Program-made: the position numbers and the translations under genes | The notes under the pieces: model-generated | What the model was told of the DNA's origin: nothing | The model's database searches: none | The model's input: the letters and a program-made list of their open reading frames with translations, nothing else | Source of the DNA: a virus | Taxonomy: Duplodnaviria > Caudoviricetes | DNA length: 57,212 bases | Strand: one strand, 5' to 3' | IMG/VR virus record: IMGVR_UViG_3300030106_004085 | Location: 1 to 57,212 of that record | Part shown: positions 19,728 to 29,733 of the stretch, piece after piece | Layout of the letters: each line of letters opens with the position of its first letter | Position numbering within the stretch: position 1 is the first letter of the stretch

Positions 19728-22035
19728 GGCTCTTTGCTCTCATAAAATCAAGTTCTTGTTGATGCTTCTCACGACTTTGGTTCAGCTCTTGTTCGTGCTT
19801 CTCTTGGTCATGCTTAAGCTTTTGGTTATTCATTTGGATTGCAAGCTGCGATTTCTGCTGCTCAATCTTAAATCTTTCTTGCTCAACCCTCTGATTTGCT
19901 GACTCTTTTTGCGATTGGCTTTGAGAATCTTTTTGTTTTTGAGCGAGTTCTGCTTGAGCTATCTGAGCTTCCTGCTGTTTCATCTGTATATCAAGCTGCT
20001 TGACTTGAAGATCAGCTTGCATCTTTTGCATTTCCATCTCAGCCTTTTGCTGCTCAACCTGAGCCTGCTGCTGCTGGGCTTGCTGCTGTTGCTGCATCTG
20101 AGGGTCTTGCTGTTGCTGTTGAGCTTGCTGCTCCTGTTGTTTCTGTTGCTCTTCGGCGATATTAACAAGGTAAGGAGCAACATCTAGTTCATTTGCTTTT
20201 GCCCAGTCACTCATAAACGCATTGTATGGATCACCAATACCCATCTGTGCAAATTGCTGCATCATTGGCATTGCTATCTGGCCAAACTCATTTAACTGCC
20301 TAATTCGGTTTACTTTGTTCGGCTTTCTTGCTGAACCAGCTTCAATTCGGTAGTTGTAATCTCTTACGGTTTTTTCAAACTCTTGAGCTTGTATTTGCTG
20401 TTCCCATATCATTGACCCGACTTCACCCAAGACAGGCTTAACGTCTTCCTGGGTAAGCCCCCACTCAGCGGCTTCCATCTCTTTCATTGCACAATGACTT
20501 AGCCAATCTTCGACGCGACTCGCCATGTCGTCAGGACGCACTGAGACGTTCTGATTGCGTACATCAGCTTCCGTAGCAGAACGTATCTGAGTACCGCCCG
20601 AAAGCCCGTACAGAAGCTCTGTGAGGCCTGTACGCTTATCTATCATGTCTAGCACTTCAGACACCATTCTCCATATGTCTGAATTAAAAGATGGAGCATC
20701 TAAGAATGAAACGACATCCGATACTCGCTGACCGAATATTTCACTTAACTCAATGACACCATATGGCCCCATTTTGTTTTTAATTTGATCTTGAATCTCT
20801 GCCCCTGCTGCCTTAGCTACGGCAACATAAGTCGTCGAGCTTGCTGCCACTTTATCGGCAAGAAAAGACATACACCAGTTAACAAATCGAAGCTCTCCAA
20901 TAGCTGGCTTAATCAATGAGATTGGCCAGACTTCTTTTGGCTTCTCGTAGAAATGTAGCTTGCTAAATGGCCAGCCACCATCCGTCCAGAAAGGTATGGG
21001 CCACTGCGACCTGACAAACATCTCTTCTTGAGGAAGATCGAGAACCTCTGGAGGCATGTTCATGGGGAATGGAATGTCTTCACAAACGGCCAAGAAACAG
21101 AAATCTCCGAACTGCTCGTAGTCAAAGTTTTCCTTAACGTCCTTTTTGATTCCGCCTTTCTTTAGGCGAGAACCAAAACCCCCTTTAGAGTACACTTGCC
21201 AGTATTCTACTAGATCGTATGACTCTCCCTTTCGTTTCGATTCAGAGCTTTCTTTTCTGCCCTTTGCCTTTACCTCTGCTTGCTTAGCAGCCGAAGACAT
21301 ATTGCCGCGTATCTTCCCTTCAATGCCATACTCCCTCTCCACCTTCCAGACGGGGTGAACGCACTTACGGGCAATCCATTGAACGTCTTCCCAATACTGA
21401 GCATCAGGGTCAATCACAATGTCATCAACAGAAACATAAACACTTCTAGGGTGAGATACAGTAGAGCCGTGAGGCTGGTGCATTTCAGTCCATAGAAAGC
21501 TCATGCCTTTAATGATGGCCTCGTTAATGGCCATTCGAGCATGCTCTTTCTTTTGGTTCTCCTGCTGAAGCCAATTCAGATAATGTTCCTTCAGCCTGGC
21601 TATGTTTCGCTTTTTGTCATTCTCCTCGTCTTGCTGGTAGACAAGTTGTTGAGCCTGTTGGACTTGAGCTTCATCCTGAGGATTAATTCCCAGCATTATA
21701 GGCTCAATCTTGGGTGCTACTTTTGGTGATACCTGTATTACAGGATTTCGGTGATAGAGTACGGGGCCGAACAAAGCGACGGCCTCAAATACTCTATTCA
21801 CCGTCATCCTGAAGGTTGGTAAGTTGCCAGTGGTACTCTTATCAAGGAACCCTTCGTTTCCTTTCGAGTATGCACCCTTCCACATAAAATCATGTGAACC
21901 GTCAAAGAACTGCATGGCTTCTTTAGCGTACCTGCCAAATCGCTCTTCTTTTTGTTTCTTAGCGCGTTTAATCTTTTCCATCCACTGACTAACAATGGGT
22001 GAAAAAGGATGGTCGTAATCGCTATATTGATCCAT
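19702..22035 (-). CDS. Portal protein (P22-like, with C-terminal Gln-rich coiled-coil barrel)
   Basis: 777 aa after TerL. Contains VSVDDIVIDPDA and TGLTELLYG...SATEA motifs and a long Q-rich helical tail. Confidence 0.85.
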   Translation of the reverse strand: MDQYSDYDHPFSPIVSQWMEKIKRAKKQKEERFGRYAKEAMQFFDGSHDFMWKGAYSKGNEGFLDKSTTGNLPTFRMTVNRVFEAVALFGPVLYHRNPVIQVSPKVAPKIEPIMLGINPQDEAQVQQAQQLVYQQDEENDKKRNIARLKEHYLNWLQQENQKKEHARMAINEAIIKGMSFLWTEMHQPHGSTVSHPRSVYVSVDDIVIDPDAQYWEDVQWIARKCVHPVWKVEREYGIEGKIRGNMSSAAKQAEVKAKGRKESSESKRKGESYDLVEYWQVYSKGGFGSRLKKGGIKKDVKENFDYEQFGDFCFLAVCEDIPFPMNMPPEVLDLPQEEMFVRSQWPIPFWTDGGWPFSKLHFYEKPKEVWPISLIKPAIGELRFVNWCMSFLADKVAASSTTYVAVAKAAGAEIQDQIKNKMGPYGVIELSEIFGQRVSDVVSFLDAPSFNSDIWRMVSEVLDMIDKRTGLTELLYGLSGGTQIRSATEADVRNQNVSVRPDDMASRVEDWLSHCAMKEMEAAEWGLTQEDVKPVLGEVGSMIWEQQIQAQEFEKTVRDYNYRIEAGSARKPNKVNRIRQLNEFGQIAMPMMQQFAQMGIGDPYNAFMSDWAKANELDVAPYLVNIAEEQQKQQEQQAQQQQQDPQMQQQQQAQQQQAQVEQQKAEMEMQKMQADLQVKQLDIQMKQQEAQIAQAELAQKQKDSQSQSQKESANQRVEQERFKIEQQKSQLAIQMNNQKLKHDQEKHEQELNQSREKHQQELDFMRAKSRAQGSPQE

Positions 22036-22058
22036 GGTTTATTCCTTGACGATAAGCC

Positions 22059-22445
22059 TTAAGAGTCTTTGGTTTTTTTCTTGCTTGCTGTGCTTTTGGT
22101 AGCCGTGTACTCAAGAGCATCTAACCGAGCAAGAATGTCCTGCCGTTCTTTCTCAAGTGCTTTATTTTCATCTGTATAATCCCAAGAGCCGTTTTCTCGA
22201 TGATCGGCATTCCAGGTAAGCTTAGGATCTGTTACGTGTCGGGCACCATCATGAACATGGCCGTTGGTTGTTCGGATGCTAACATTTCGTCTTGAGCTAG
22301 TTACGCTTAAAACAAATCCTAAGAAAGGGTGTTTTAGGTTGTGGTACGGGTAAAAGAGTACGGGTGCCCCGATTCTTATTTCGGGCATCTTGTACTCATT
22401 AGACTCTTTTGTTTGCTCTTCAGTTATCTGGGGTGCCATAGACAT
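22059..22445 (-). CDS. Hypothetical protein
   Basis: 128-aa ORF tightly packed between TerL and portal. Confidence 0.7.
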   Translation of the reverse strand: MSMAPQITEEQTKESNEYKMPEIRIGAPVLFYPYHNLKHPFLGFVLSVTSSRRNVSIRTTNGHVHDGARHVTDPKLTWNADHRENGSWDYTDENKALEKERQDILARLDALEYTATKSTASKKKTKDS

Positions 22446-22446
22446 T

Positions 22447-24153
22447 TTAGGATCCTTGTGGGCCTAGGTTAATATGCTGCTGTGCTCCGCCACGTTGCTT
22501 TGCATTTCTAGCAGCACTTCGTTTTTTACGTTCTTGGATTATTCTACCAATAGCGGTAGATCGTTTTGCTTTCTTTCGGGGCTTTACATATTTTAACCCA
22601 TGAGCCGCCGCATACTCTAGGGTTTCTATTGCGTGACAATTTCCTCGACGATTTCCTTCGTCGGTAATGTACCCATTTATCCGCTTTTTCTTGAACCTAT
22701 TAAACTCCCTGCATAGGTTTGGGCAACGTGCAGTTACGACAAGAAGTTTAGTTGTACCTTTTTCATTTACATTAATCCAGCTACGGAGCTTCATTTCACG
22801 ACCGGGAACATCATCTGACCCGCTAAGGAAACCATGCCCAGTTAAATTGCTTTTAACCTTATTAGCCTCAAGCTCTCTCGTGTACTGAACTCTTGGCAAT
22901 ATACCGCTACCGATTTCGCGAATTCTACCACCGTGAGCATCTATGATAAAAGCTTCAAACTGATCCACGCCTACCTTTTGCCTTACCATAGCTGCAAATT
23001 TCGCTGCCGTACAGTTGTGTATATAAAGCTCGTCGTAACAAACAACATGGTCGCCCATAGAAGCAGGGGGCACGGCATAGAAAGTAACAGCGCAAACACT
23101 GTGACCTGGGTCAACGACCATGTACCTGCACCAGTCTTTGCCAGGTTTCCCGTCGTTATTCGTAAGGTACTCTTGGACTTTATTTCTTGGATGATCGAAC
23201 TTGATCGCATTATGTACATCCTTTGAGAAGTTTGGGTACATTAACACGCTATCAGTGACCAGCTCACCTAAAGCACGTTTCCTAAACTCATCCTCACCTT
23301 TAGCTTTCCACCTCTTAATGTTCTCTTGCTTGACCTGTTCTGGCATAAAAGGGTTATCAAAGATTGTTGCTTTGAATACCCTAGTAGACGCATTCTCTTT
23401 CCCTGCTTCGTCTTCGGCACGTTCACACAAATTGACTAATGCGTCGTTCTTTGCATGAGGCAAAGCAGACCACCTTAACTTGCCATCACGCATGGATAAA
23501 CGAGCAATCATTTCGTCGTACCATTCGGGGCGTTCTAGGTCTTCGTCTATATGCACTAGGTCAGCCTGAAAACCTTGAGAAGGATCCCCTTTAGAACCCA
23601 TTGCATAAATCGTCCAGCCATTGTGCAATTCACATATCTCAAACACATGTTGTGCACGCTTCTTCCATGCCCACTCCTTGATGAAGCGTTCGGGTATTAA
23701 AGGCGGGGCATCCTTTGCTTCCGACTTCCTTTGCCAGTCACTTCCAAGCCAAGGCTTCCATGCTCTCCACTTATCCGTTTCTTCGTCTTGGATGATCTTA
23801 AAAGCGCCTGGACGAAATAGGTACTTGTGTATGGTTCTTCCTATATGGCCTTCATCCATCCCTAGGCAAACCATGATGCCATTTTCTTTAGGGTATTTCC
23901 CGTAGGGATCTTGGCCTGTAGCTGCCCTGGCATCTTCCACGAAAGCAGCTAAAGATTTTCCTACTTGGTTTCCTGCTTGAAGAAGAACTTCCTTTGCCGT
24001 GCATGCGTGGTAAGAATCCTGAAACGGCAATGGTTCATATAGCCTAAGAGCTTCGCTATCCCTCTTTGCCTTCTCAGCATGAAGTTGACGAAGCTCTGCT
24101 TTCTGATGCTCGGTAATAGAGCTTAATATATCATTTACGTTTTCTTGGGGCAT
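22447..24153 (-). CDS. terL: Terminase large subunit
   Basis: Walker A AGNQVGKS, Walker B VHIDED, ATIFDNP motif and RNase-H-like nuclease motif MVVDPG. Confidence 0.92.
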   Translation of the reverse strand: MPQENVNDILSSITEHQKAELRQLHAEKAKRDSEALRLYEPLPFQDSYHACTAKEVLLQAGNQVGKSLAAFVEDARAATGQDPYGKYPKENGIMVCLGMDEGHIGRTIHKYLFRPGAFKIIQDEETDKWRAWKPWLGSDWQRKSEAKDAPPLIPERFIKEWAWKKRAQHVFEICELHNGWTIYAMGSKGDPSQGFQADLVHIDEDLERPEWYDEMIARLSMRDGKLRWSALPHAKNDALVNLCERAEDEAGKENASTRVFKATIFDNPFMPEQVKQENIKRWKAKGEDEFRKRALGELVTDSVLMYPNFSKDVHNAIKFDHPRNKVQEYLTNNDGKPGKDWCRYMVVDPGHSVCAVTFYAVPPASMGDHVVCYDELYIHNCTAAKFAAMVRQKVGVDQFEAFIIDAHGGRIREIGSGILPRVQYTRELEANKVKSNLTGHGFLSGSDDVPGREMKLRSWINVNEKGTTKLLVVTARCPNLCREFNRFKKKRINGYITDEGNRRGNCHAIETLEYAAAHGLKYVKPRKKAKRSTAIGRIIQERKKRSAARNAKQRGGAQQHINLGPQGS

Positions 24154-24667
24154 TGGCTGGTTTTAGCTCATGTAGCATACTTATTTCTGGATCTATTATA
24201 TTCTGAACTGACTTCTCAATCTCTTTGTCAAGTTCCTCATTTGTTAATTCATCCAGGGATTTTTGAGCTGCACCCGACTCAGATACCTTAATATTAAGTC
24301 GGAGTACAGCTTCAAGAATCCGCTGTCTTTGGAGGCTTCCAGGGGCTGACCGGTAAAAGGTAGACATTACCTGCTGGGAGAAACCTCCCGGCCCCCCAAA
24401 AGCCTCCATGATGCGTTGGAATGTTTCTGCCATATGCGGAACACTAGAGCCACCCTTGCTCATATCATCAAGAAGGTCGATGCCTGCATCTTCTATTTTC
24501 GACACACGTTCATCTAGTTTCTTCTTGCGAGTGGCCTCCACTTCTTCAGCCCTACACATTTTACATGTAGACCGGAACCCATCTGCCGCAGAATTATCTC
24601 TGTGCCAGAATTCCTTGTTAAGTGGATATTCGACGCTACAGTTCTTGCATTCCTTCGCTTTAGCCAT
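24131..24667 (-). CDS. Probable terminase small subunit with N-terminal Cys4 zinc finger
   Basis: Overlaps the TerL start. N-terminal CKNC...CKMC, and a TerS-like C-terminal LDELTNEELD. Confidence 0.55.
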   Translation of the reverse strand: MAKAKECKNCSVEYPLNKEFWHRDNSAADGFRSTCKMCRAEEVEATRKKKLDERVSKIEDAGIDLLDDMSKGGSSVPHMAETFQRIMEAFGGPGGFSQQVMSTFYRSAPGSLQRQRILEAVLRLNIKVSESGAAQKSLDELTNEELDKEIEKSVQNIIDPEISMLHELKPANAPRKRK

Positions 24668-24673
24668 TTATTC

Positions 24674-25078
24674 CTACCTCTGCATAGATGGGCCTTGTGG
24701 CCCCATTCTAACATCCCTTAAGTCGGGGTTAGATGGGTGCATTGCACCAGTGGCGTTTGTATTTGCTCCACTAAGCAATGACTGGACAATTGGATCAATA
24801 GCACCAGGAGCTTGCTGCTGAGGTGCGCCTCCGCCTTGGCCTAAAGGTATTGCTGTCCCTTCAGCTTGGCGACGCTGCAATTCTTGCATCTGTCCAACTG
24901 CATCTTCAGGTACACTCTGCTGCTGTTGCTGACCACCACCAACAGGCTGCCCTGTAGCTAGGTCTATAACAGTCAATCCCTGCTGTAATGCGCTCATAAC
25001 TTTATCTTGCATATTAGGGTCATTTGGCTGAATCATAGATCCAGTTTCTTCGACCATATAGCCTGCTTGCATATTCAT
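24674..25078 (-). CDS. Gln/Gly-rich hypothetical protein
   Basis: 134-aa ORF in the late operon. Confidence 0.65.
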   Translation of the reverse strand: MNMQAGYMVEETGSMIQPNDPNMQDKVMSALQQGLTVIDLATGQPVGGGQQQQQSVPEDAVGQMQELQRRQAEGTAIPLGQGGGAPQQQAPGAIDPIVQSLLSGANTNATGAMHPSNPDLRDVRMGPQGPSMQR

Positions 25079-25104
25079 AATTTTTTCTTTCTATATAAAG
25101 CAAA

Positions 25105-25133
25105 TGCCGGGTTCCCACAGGAGGAACCCGGCA
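25105..25133 (-). terminator. Probable intrinsic terminator after capsid/cement genes
   Basis: 11-bp perfect stem tgccgggttcc/ggaacccggca, followed on the minus strand by tttgcttt. Confidence 0.6.
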
Positions 25134-25200
25134 CCGCACCCAAGACCCTACACTTCCGTGAGGAGGTGTTCTTGTTGGCTTTGCAGCCGGGTATTAGGGA

Positions 25201-25788
25201 TTAATAGTTAACACAAAGGTGAACTAGACCTGCAGCATTATCGGCAATGTCATCAAGGGCAATACCCAAGATTTGACCAACGACGTTAGCAGCGTCGGCA
25301 GCAATGACATGGCCATCAGTACCTGCGTCTGCAACAACTGCACTACCTACTCCAATGGGACTACCTTCGCCTTCAGCGTAAACTGGAACAGCTCCGCCGA
25401 TAATCAACCAGAATAGGTCGTCATCTGCGACAGTAGTGGTTCCAAGTTCAGGGTCGCCAACTCCGGCCCAATCGCCTTCAGTTAGACTTGCACCTGCAAC
25501 TTGACCAGCTGCTTTTCGTCCAGTGCCTGAAGCTGTAGTACCGAAACCAAGAACCAGTCCATGAGTAGCGGTTGCTACTGTCAGGGCTGAGCCTTTAATG
25601 TTTCGCACACAAACAGCCCGAAGAGTTCCGCCGCTTCGTCGAGACTTACCTCCACGAAGAGCTGGGGTTCGGTCAACATCGGGGAACTCAAAAACAGCTC
25701 CCTCCCATTGGCTATTAATCTGTTCTCCGGCATCGTTAGTCCCTTTAAGGGTTTCACCGAGATCAAATGGTGGATCTACATGAATCAT
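25201..25788 (-). CDS. Capsid cement/decoration protein
   Basis: 195 aa, Gly/Ala-rich, directly after the MCP, with a cement-like C-terminus (IGVGSAVVAD...LGIALDD). Confidence 0.65.
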   Translation of the reverse strand: MIHVDPPFDLGETLKGTNDAGEQINSQWEGAVFEFPDVDRTPALRGGKSRRSGGTLRAVCVRNIKGSALTVATATHGLVLGFGTTASGTGRKAAGQVAGASLTEGDWAGVGDPELGTTTVADDDLFWLIIGGAVPVYAEGEGSPIGVGSAVVADAGTDGHVIAADAANVVGQILGIALDDIADNAAGLVHLCVNY

Positions 25789-25815
25789 AGTATTGATTCC
25801 TTTCCTAAAAAGGGG

Positions 25816-26967
25816 TTAAGCAATTGCTTCCAATTTGAAGAAGTTCCGTGGGGAACTGAACTTCAAGTTAGACAAGGTTGAAACAACAGCATTGAAGCTT
25901 TGGCTATGAATATCATACTCAGGGCCTTCAGAGCGAAGGAGAGAATCATCCATAGATTTCAGTTCAATGTTATCGTAGTTAAGACCATAACCAACACCCT
26001 GCTTGATGGCAGCTTCCCAGCTGACTTCAATGCCGTCAAAGTTGACAACATTCTTGAAACCGAGTGCTCGAAGTTGGTGTTCGCTAGAAACCTGAATACG
26101 TTCTTTGTCATCTAACAAGTTGAGAAGATCCATGTAAAGATCTCGTGCCAACATGATGTTAGTGATCTGACCGTTCTGGCTACTATTACGCTGAGCGTGA
26201 ATGATAGCGAAACGCATAGCTTCATCACCTTGTGTAGCAAATGTATTTCCACTTCCACCAAAAGATGTTGAAGTATAGTTAACGATCAGCGGTGACCAGA
26301 AGTCATACTCTGGATCAGCAATACCTTCTGGCCAAGGAAGATTAGCTTCCTGCTCACCAGCGATACCGCCCATTGCACAGTTCAAGCCAGCATAAGTTGC
26401 AGTTGGTACACCAACCTGGTCAACAGCGACTTTACTGCGATGGTCATTAATTGCAGCGCCACCAGAAGTATCCACAGCAACAGTTTGACTGACTGTTCCA
26501 AACATACTTTCGACACCGTGCCATCCCTGCTCATTTCCAGAGTCTGCACCATTAACGTAGTATTCTCCACCGAGAGCTTGCTCGATAGATGTTTCCAGTC
26601 GCTGAGTGAAGTTGTCAAATACTTTGACGATACCTTCTTCTCCGCTATTGGATTTGAATTCGCGGTAATACATGGAGTCTGTAGCTTGGTAGCCACGGAA
26701 TTCCAAGTTTGCGGTTTTCCACAAGTTCTTACGTGCGAAGTTACGGGCTGTTTCTCCAGTGTTACCTTCTACTTTGTGTAGACGATATTGAACTGGCCAG
26801 TCGAAACCTTCCCCAGTGTTGTTGTAGTTTACCCGTCCTGCGGCTTCCAGCAATGCACCTAGCTGGTAGTTGCGGAGCATATTCTCCTCAACGTCGCGGA
26901 TGTGCTTTGCGAGCGTGGTTGCTGCGGTACGAGCAAAAGCTACGGGATTAAAACCTTTATAGGCCAT
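25816..26967 (-). CDS. Major capsid protein
   Basis: 383 aa between scaffold and cement genes. GFKNVVNFDGIEV and SNLKFSSPRN are HK97-fold MCP-type motifs. Strong RBS. Confidence 0.85.
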   Translation of the reverse strand: MAYKGFNPVAFARTAATTLAKHIRDVEENMLRNYQLGALLEAAGRVNYNNTGEGFDWPVQYRLHKVEGNTGETARNFARKNLWKTANLEFRGYQATDSMYYREFKSNSGEEGIVKVFDNFTQRLETSIEQALGGEYYVNGADSGNEQGWHGVESMFGTVSQTVAVDTSGGAAINDHRSKVAVDQVGVPTATYAGLNCAMGGIAGEQEANLPWPEGIADPEYDFWSPLIVNYTSTSFGGSGNTFATQGDEAMRFAIIHAQRNSSQNGQITNIMLARDLYMDLLNLLDDKERIQVSSEHQLRALGFKNVVNFDGIEVSWEAAIKQGVGYGLNYDNIELKSMDDSLLRSEGPEYDIHSQSFNAVVSTLSNLKFSSPRNFFKLEAIA

Positions 26968-26993
26968 GATCCTAACCTTTCTCTAAAAGGAAA

Positions 26994-28196
26994 CTAAAAT
27001 AAACCATCCGTCAACGCTTGTTGACGCAACTTTTCACCAGCGGACATATTCTGGTTCTGTGAGGTCGGGCTTGGATTTTCTGGCGGGGCACTACTACCTC
27101 CTCGATTAGGAATGTAGCCAGCACCTCGTTGCAAGTGACGCATATTACGCTCTTGGGCAGCGCGAGAGTATTGCAAGTCTTGGGTTGTTTGGTCAAGCTT
27201 TCTTTGTGCTAGTTTCCCAGCCAAAAGTTGCGAAGCAAGATCCCATAGCCTCTTAGGTTCAGTGATGCCGTTCTGTCTCAATTGATTAATATATTGGACG
27301 GCCTCTTCCCCTTCGTTGGTAAGGATCATTTGACCATTGTAGTCTCTCGCAAAATCCCCTGTCCTGGGATCTCTTTGATAGACCCAATCAGCATTTCGCT
27401 TGCTGATTTCAGCTGCTTCGTTTATCGTTTGTTGCTCTCGTTGCTGTTCTTGATAAACATCAATCATAGAGCCGTAGCGATCTGCAAACAGCTTATCGAA
27501 TTCTTCTTCAATAATCTTAGGAAGAACTTCCTTTGGTTTCTGAAGAATATCTTCTTTCCATTTATTGTGGTACTCGACATAATCCTCTGCACGAGTAACT
27601 AATTCTCTTGGAGCATTTGGCTTCCAATCCCAGTACCACTCTCCCGTATTTCGGTTTTGTTTTTGTATACGGTATTTCTGTATTTCTTCCTGATCTAGAT
27701 TAGGAGGTGCCCACCACCCCTGATCTACAGGTTCCGGCTCAGGCTCAGGCTGAGCTTGCTGGTTGTATTGCTGTTGTTGCATTTGCTGCTGCTGATACAT
27801 CTGTTGTTGATACATCTGCTGCTGCTGCATTTGTTGGAGTTCTTGAGAATATCTCTCACGCTCCTGCTGCCTTTGGCGTTGGTCGTTTTCATACCATTCT
27901 TGCCATTGGCGATTGTAGTTATAGGCCTGCTCGTAAGAATCTAAGATTGCTTGTTGAGCAGACGAATTATCTTCCACCTCAAAGCCGAGCTGAGAGACTC
28001 GTTCATGAAACCGAGGTTCGTCTGATTCGACTACACCTCCATCAAAAACACCAGTTAGATCAAGCTCTGCTTTTCCAGAATCTTCTGGCACTGAATCGAC
28101 TTCAGGGGTACTATCAACATAGTCATCTGCTGGCTGTGTATCTTCCACAACTTGTGATTCTTCTGGTGCCATTTCTTCCATTTGTTCTTCGCTCAT
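26994..28196 (-). CDS. Probable capsid scaffolding protein
   Basis: 400 aa, acidic N-terminus, coiled/Q-rich middle, directly upstream of the MCP, SD caggag. Confidence 0.65.
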   Translation of the reverse strand: MSEEQMEEMAPEESQVVEDTQPADDYVDSTPEVDSVPEDSGKAELDLTGVFDGGVVESDEPRFHERVSQLGFEVEDNSSAQQAILDSYEQAYNYNRQWQEWYENDQRQRQQERERYSQELQQMQQQQMYQQQMYQQQQMQQQQYNQQAQPEPEPEPVDQGWWAPPNLDQEEIQKYRIQKQNRNTGEWYWDWKPNAPRELVTRAEDYVEYHNKWKEDILQKPKEVLPKIIEEEFDKLFADRYGSMIDVYQEQQREQQTINEAAEISKRNADWVYQRDPRTGDFARDYNGQMILTNEGEEAVQYINQLRQNGITEPKRLWDLASQLLAGKLAQRKLDQTTQDLQYSRAAQERNMRHLQRGAGYIPNRGGSSAPPENPSPTSQNQNMSAGEKLRQQALTDGLF

Positions 28197-28234
28197 AACG
28201 GCTACTCCTGTAAGGTCATTGGGTTAGTAACTGT

Positions 28235-28264
28235 ATCTTATAACGCTTTATTGTTCCGATGCAA
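28235..28264 (-). promoter_or_regulatory. Putative sigma70-type promoter for scaffold/capsid genes
   Basis: Minus strand TTGCAT-N18-TAAGAT in the 85-bp intergenic gap. Confidence 0.4.
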
Positions 28265-28281
28265 CCCCGATAAATTCAAAA

Positions 28282-29538
28282 TCATCCCCAGCCATCCCTT
28301 AAAACCCTCAAAGAGTTCTTTCCCATGATAGCCTCTAGCTGCTTGTTGCTATATCTAGGTATTCTCGGAGAGGACATCTCGCTTGCTATTCGATGAAATA
28401 CTCGCTGTATCTCACTCATATCCTCACAGTCGTCTGGTGGGTCTGTAAAGCCATCAAAGTCTGTTCCTAGCGCGGCAACTCCTATGCCTCCCACATCTAC
28501 CAAATGCCTGATAGTTTTTGCGACGTGATCTAATCCTAAGGATGTATGATGCGGAACGAGCCAGTAATTCATAAGAATAACGCCTACAACTCCGCCATTG
28601 TCTGCTATCCACTCTATCTCCCAGTCTTCCAGGTTGTACATGTTATTGTTTATCTCATATGCGCCTACATGAGATGCAATAACTCGCGATGTTGTTTTCG
28701 TTCTCTCTGCTATCTCATAAACCTCAGACCTTGCCATTGGTGTGCAATGAGCTACATCTACAATAATGCCGAGTTCAAAACACTTCTCAACAACCATTCT
28801 CCCTATAAGAGTTAGCCCTTCAGTAGTATCCCACCTGCCCAGCATTGATTTCCATCTGGCAAACTTCGACGTGTATTCAGGATACGGGAAAACCGGGCTG
28901 CTCAATATGTTTGGGTAGAAATGAGCCAGAGTAAGATAGGCTACGCCTCGCTGCTTGAAGTCAAGAAGATTAGCCATTACCTCTTGAAGTGCTTCTTCAT
29001 GAGGGGCGTTCTCAAAGTCATCCTTTTCTTTTCCGCAGAATTCGCCCTGAAGCGAATGCCCTCCTTCTACTGCGTGAACAATAGCCAGTGCATTATCTCT
29101 TTGAGCGTGTTTTATATCCTGGAAAGAACGGCAGATAGCGACAGGTCGATACCAATCCTCGTTTTTGTTCTCTAGGTTATGCTTAGCGGCCTGCTCCTCT
29201 ACATCTTCGATTGCGTTAATGGTTGCATCGTAATACGATTTAGCACCAAAGATGCGCTTCCATGCACGAGGGGCAAGCCACTTAAGCCAACGGATAGGCG
29301 GGATGTCGTCCTGCCACTCCACCTCGGGGACATATGCGACAGAAAGCGATACGTCAACACCGCCTTCTATCATCTTAGGAAAGTCGGCTCTGCTCGTCAG
29401 AGGAGAGAATCCACGACTAAAGATTCTCCTTTTATGGCGTTTAGATAAGTCTCTGTGAAACAGAGCCGACTTAAGCGAATAATGAGTATGCCAATCGACT
29501 AAGGCATACTTCTCTAGTTTATCTAGATCTCTTCTCAT
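28282..29538 (-). CDS. Membrane (renal-type) dipeptidase, peptidase family M19, amidohydrolase fold
   Basis: Motifs VDWHTH, HAVEGGH, YLTLAH, GIIVDVAH, IASH, GGVVGV and ALGTDFDG occur in the canonical order. Confidence 0.9.
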   Translation of the reverse strand: MRRDLDKLEKYALVDWHTHYSLKSALFHRDLSKRHKRRIFSRGFSPLTSRADFPKMIEGGVDVSLSVAYVPEVEWQDDIPPIRWLKWLAPRAWKRIFGAKSYYDATINAIEDVEEQAAKHNLENKNEDWYRPVAICRSFQDIKHAQRDNALAIVHAVEGGHSLQGEFCGKEKDDFENAPHEEALQEVMANLLDFKQRGVAYLTLAHFYPNILSSPVFPYPEYTSKFARWKSMLGRWDTTEGLTLIGRMVVEKCFELGIIVDVAHCTPMARSEVYEIAERTKTTSRVIASHVGAYEINNNMYNLEDWEIEWIADNGGVVGVILMNYWLVPHHTSLGLDHVAKTIRHLVDVGGIGVAALGTDFDGFTDPPDDCEDMSEIQRVFHRIASEMSSPRIPRYSNKQLEAIMGKNSLRVLRDGWG

Positions 29539-29723
29539 ATTAAGGGGCCGCCACCGCCCGTGCTTCTGTTTAAGCTGTCTTGTAATTGGTGAAGCCAGTT
29601 ATACCATACATAGCTCTTCCAAAGCAAAACACCCATATAAATAGTTACCGCAGAAAAACAAATCGACCCAGTTGTCCAGAACAGATTCTGCATTCTGTTC
29701 TCACTCCTCTTCCTCTTACTCAT
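29535..29723 (-). CDS. Small single-pass membrane protein
   Basis: MSKRKRS... start with SD gagggag, then a hydrophobic segment FWTTGSICFSAVTIYMGVLLW. Confidence 0.6.
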   Translation of the reverse strand: MSKRKRSENRMQNLFWTTGSICFSAVTIYMGVLLWKSYVWYNWLHQLQDSLNRSTGGGGPLI

Positions 29724-29733
29724 AACTCCCTCT

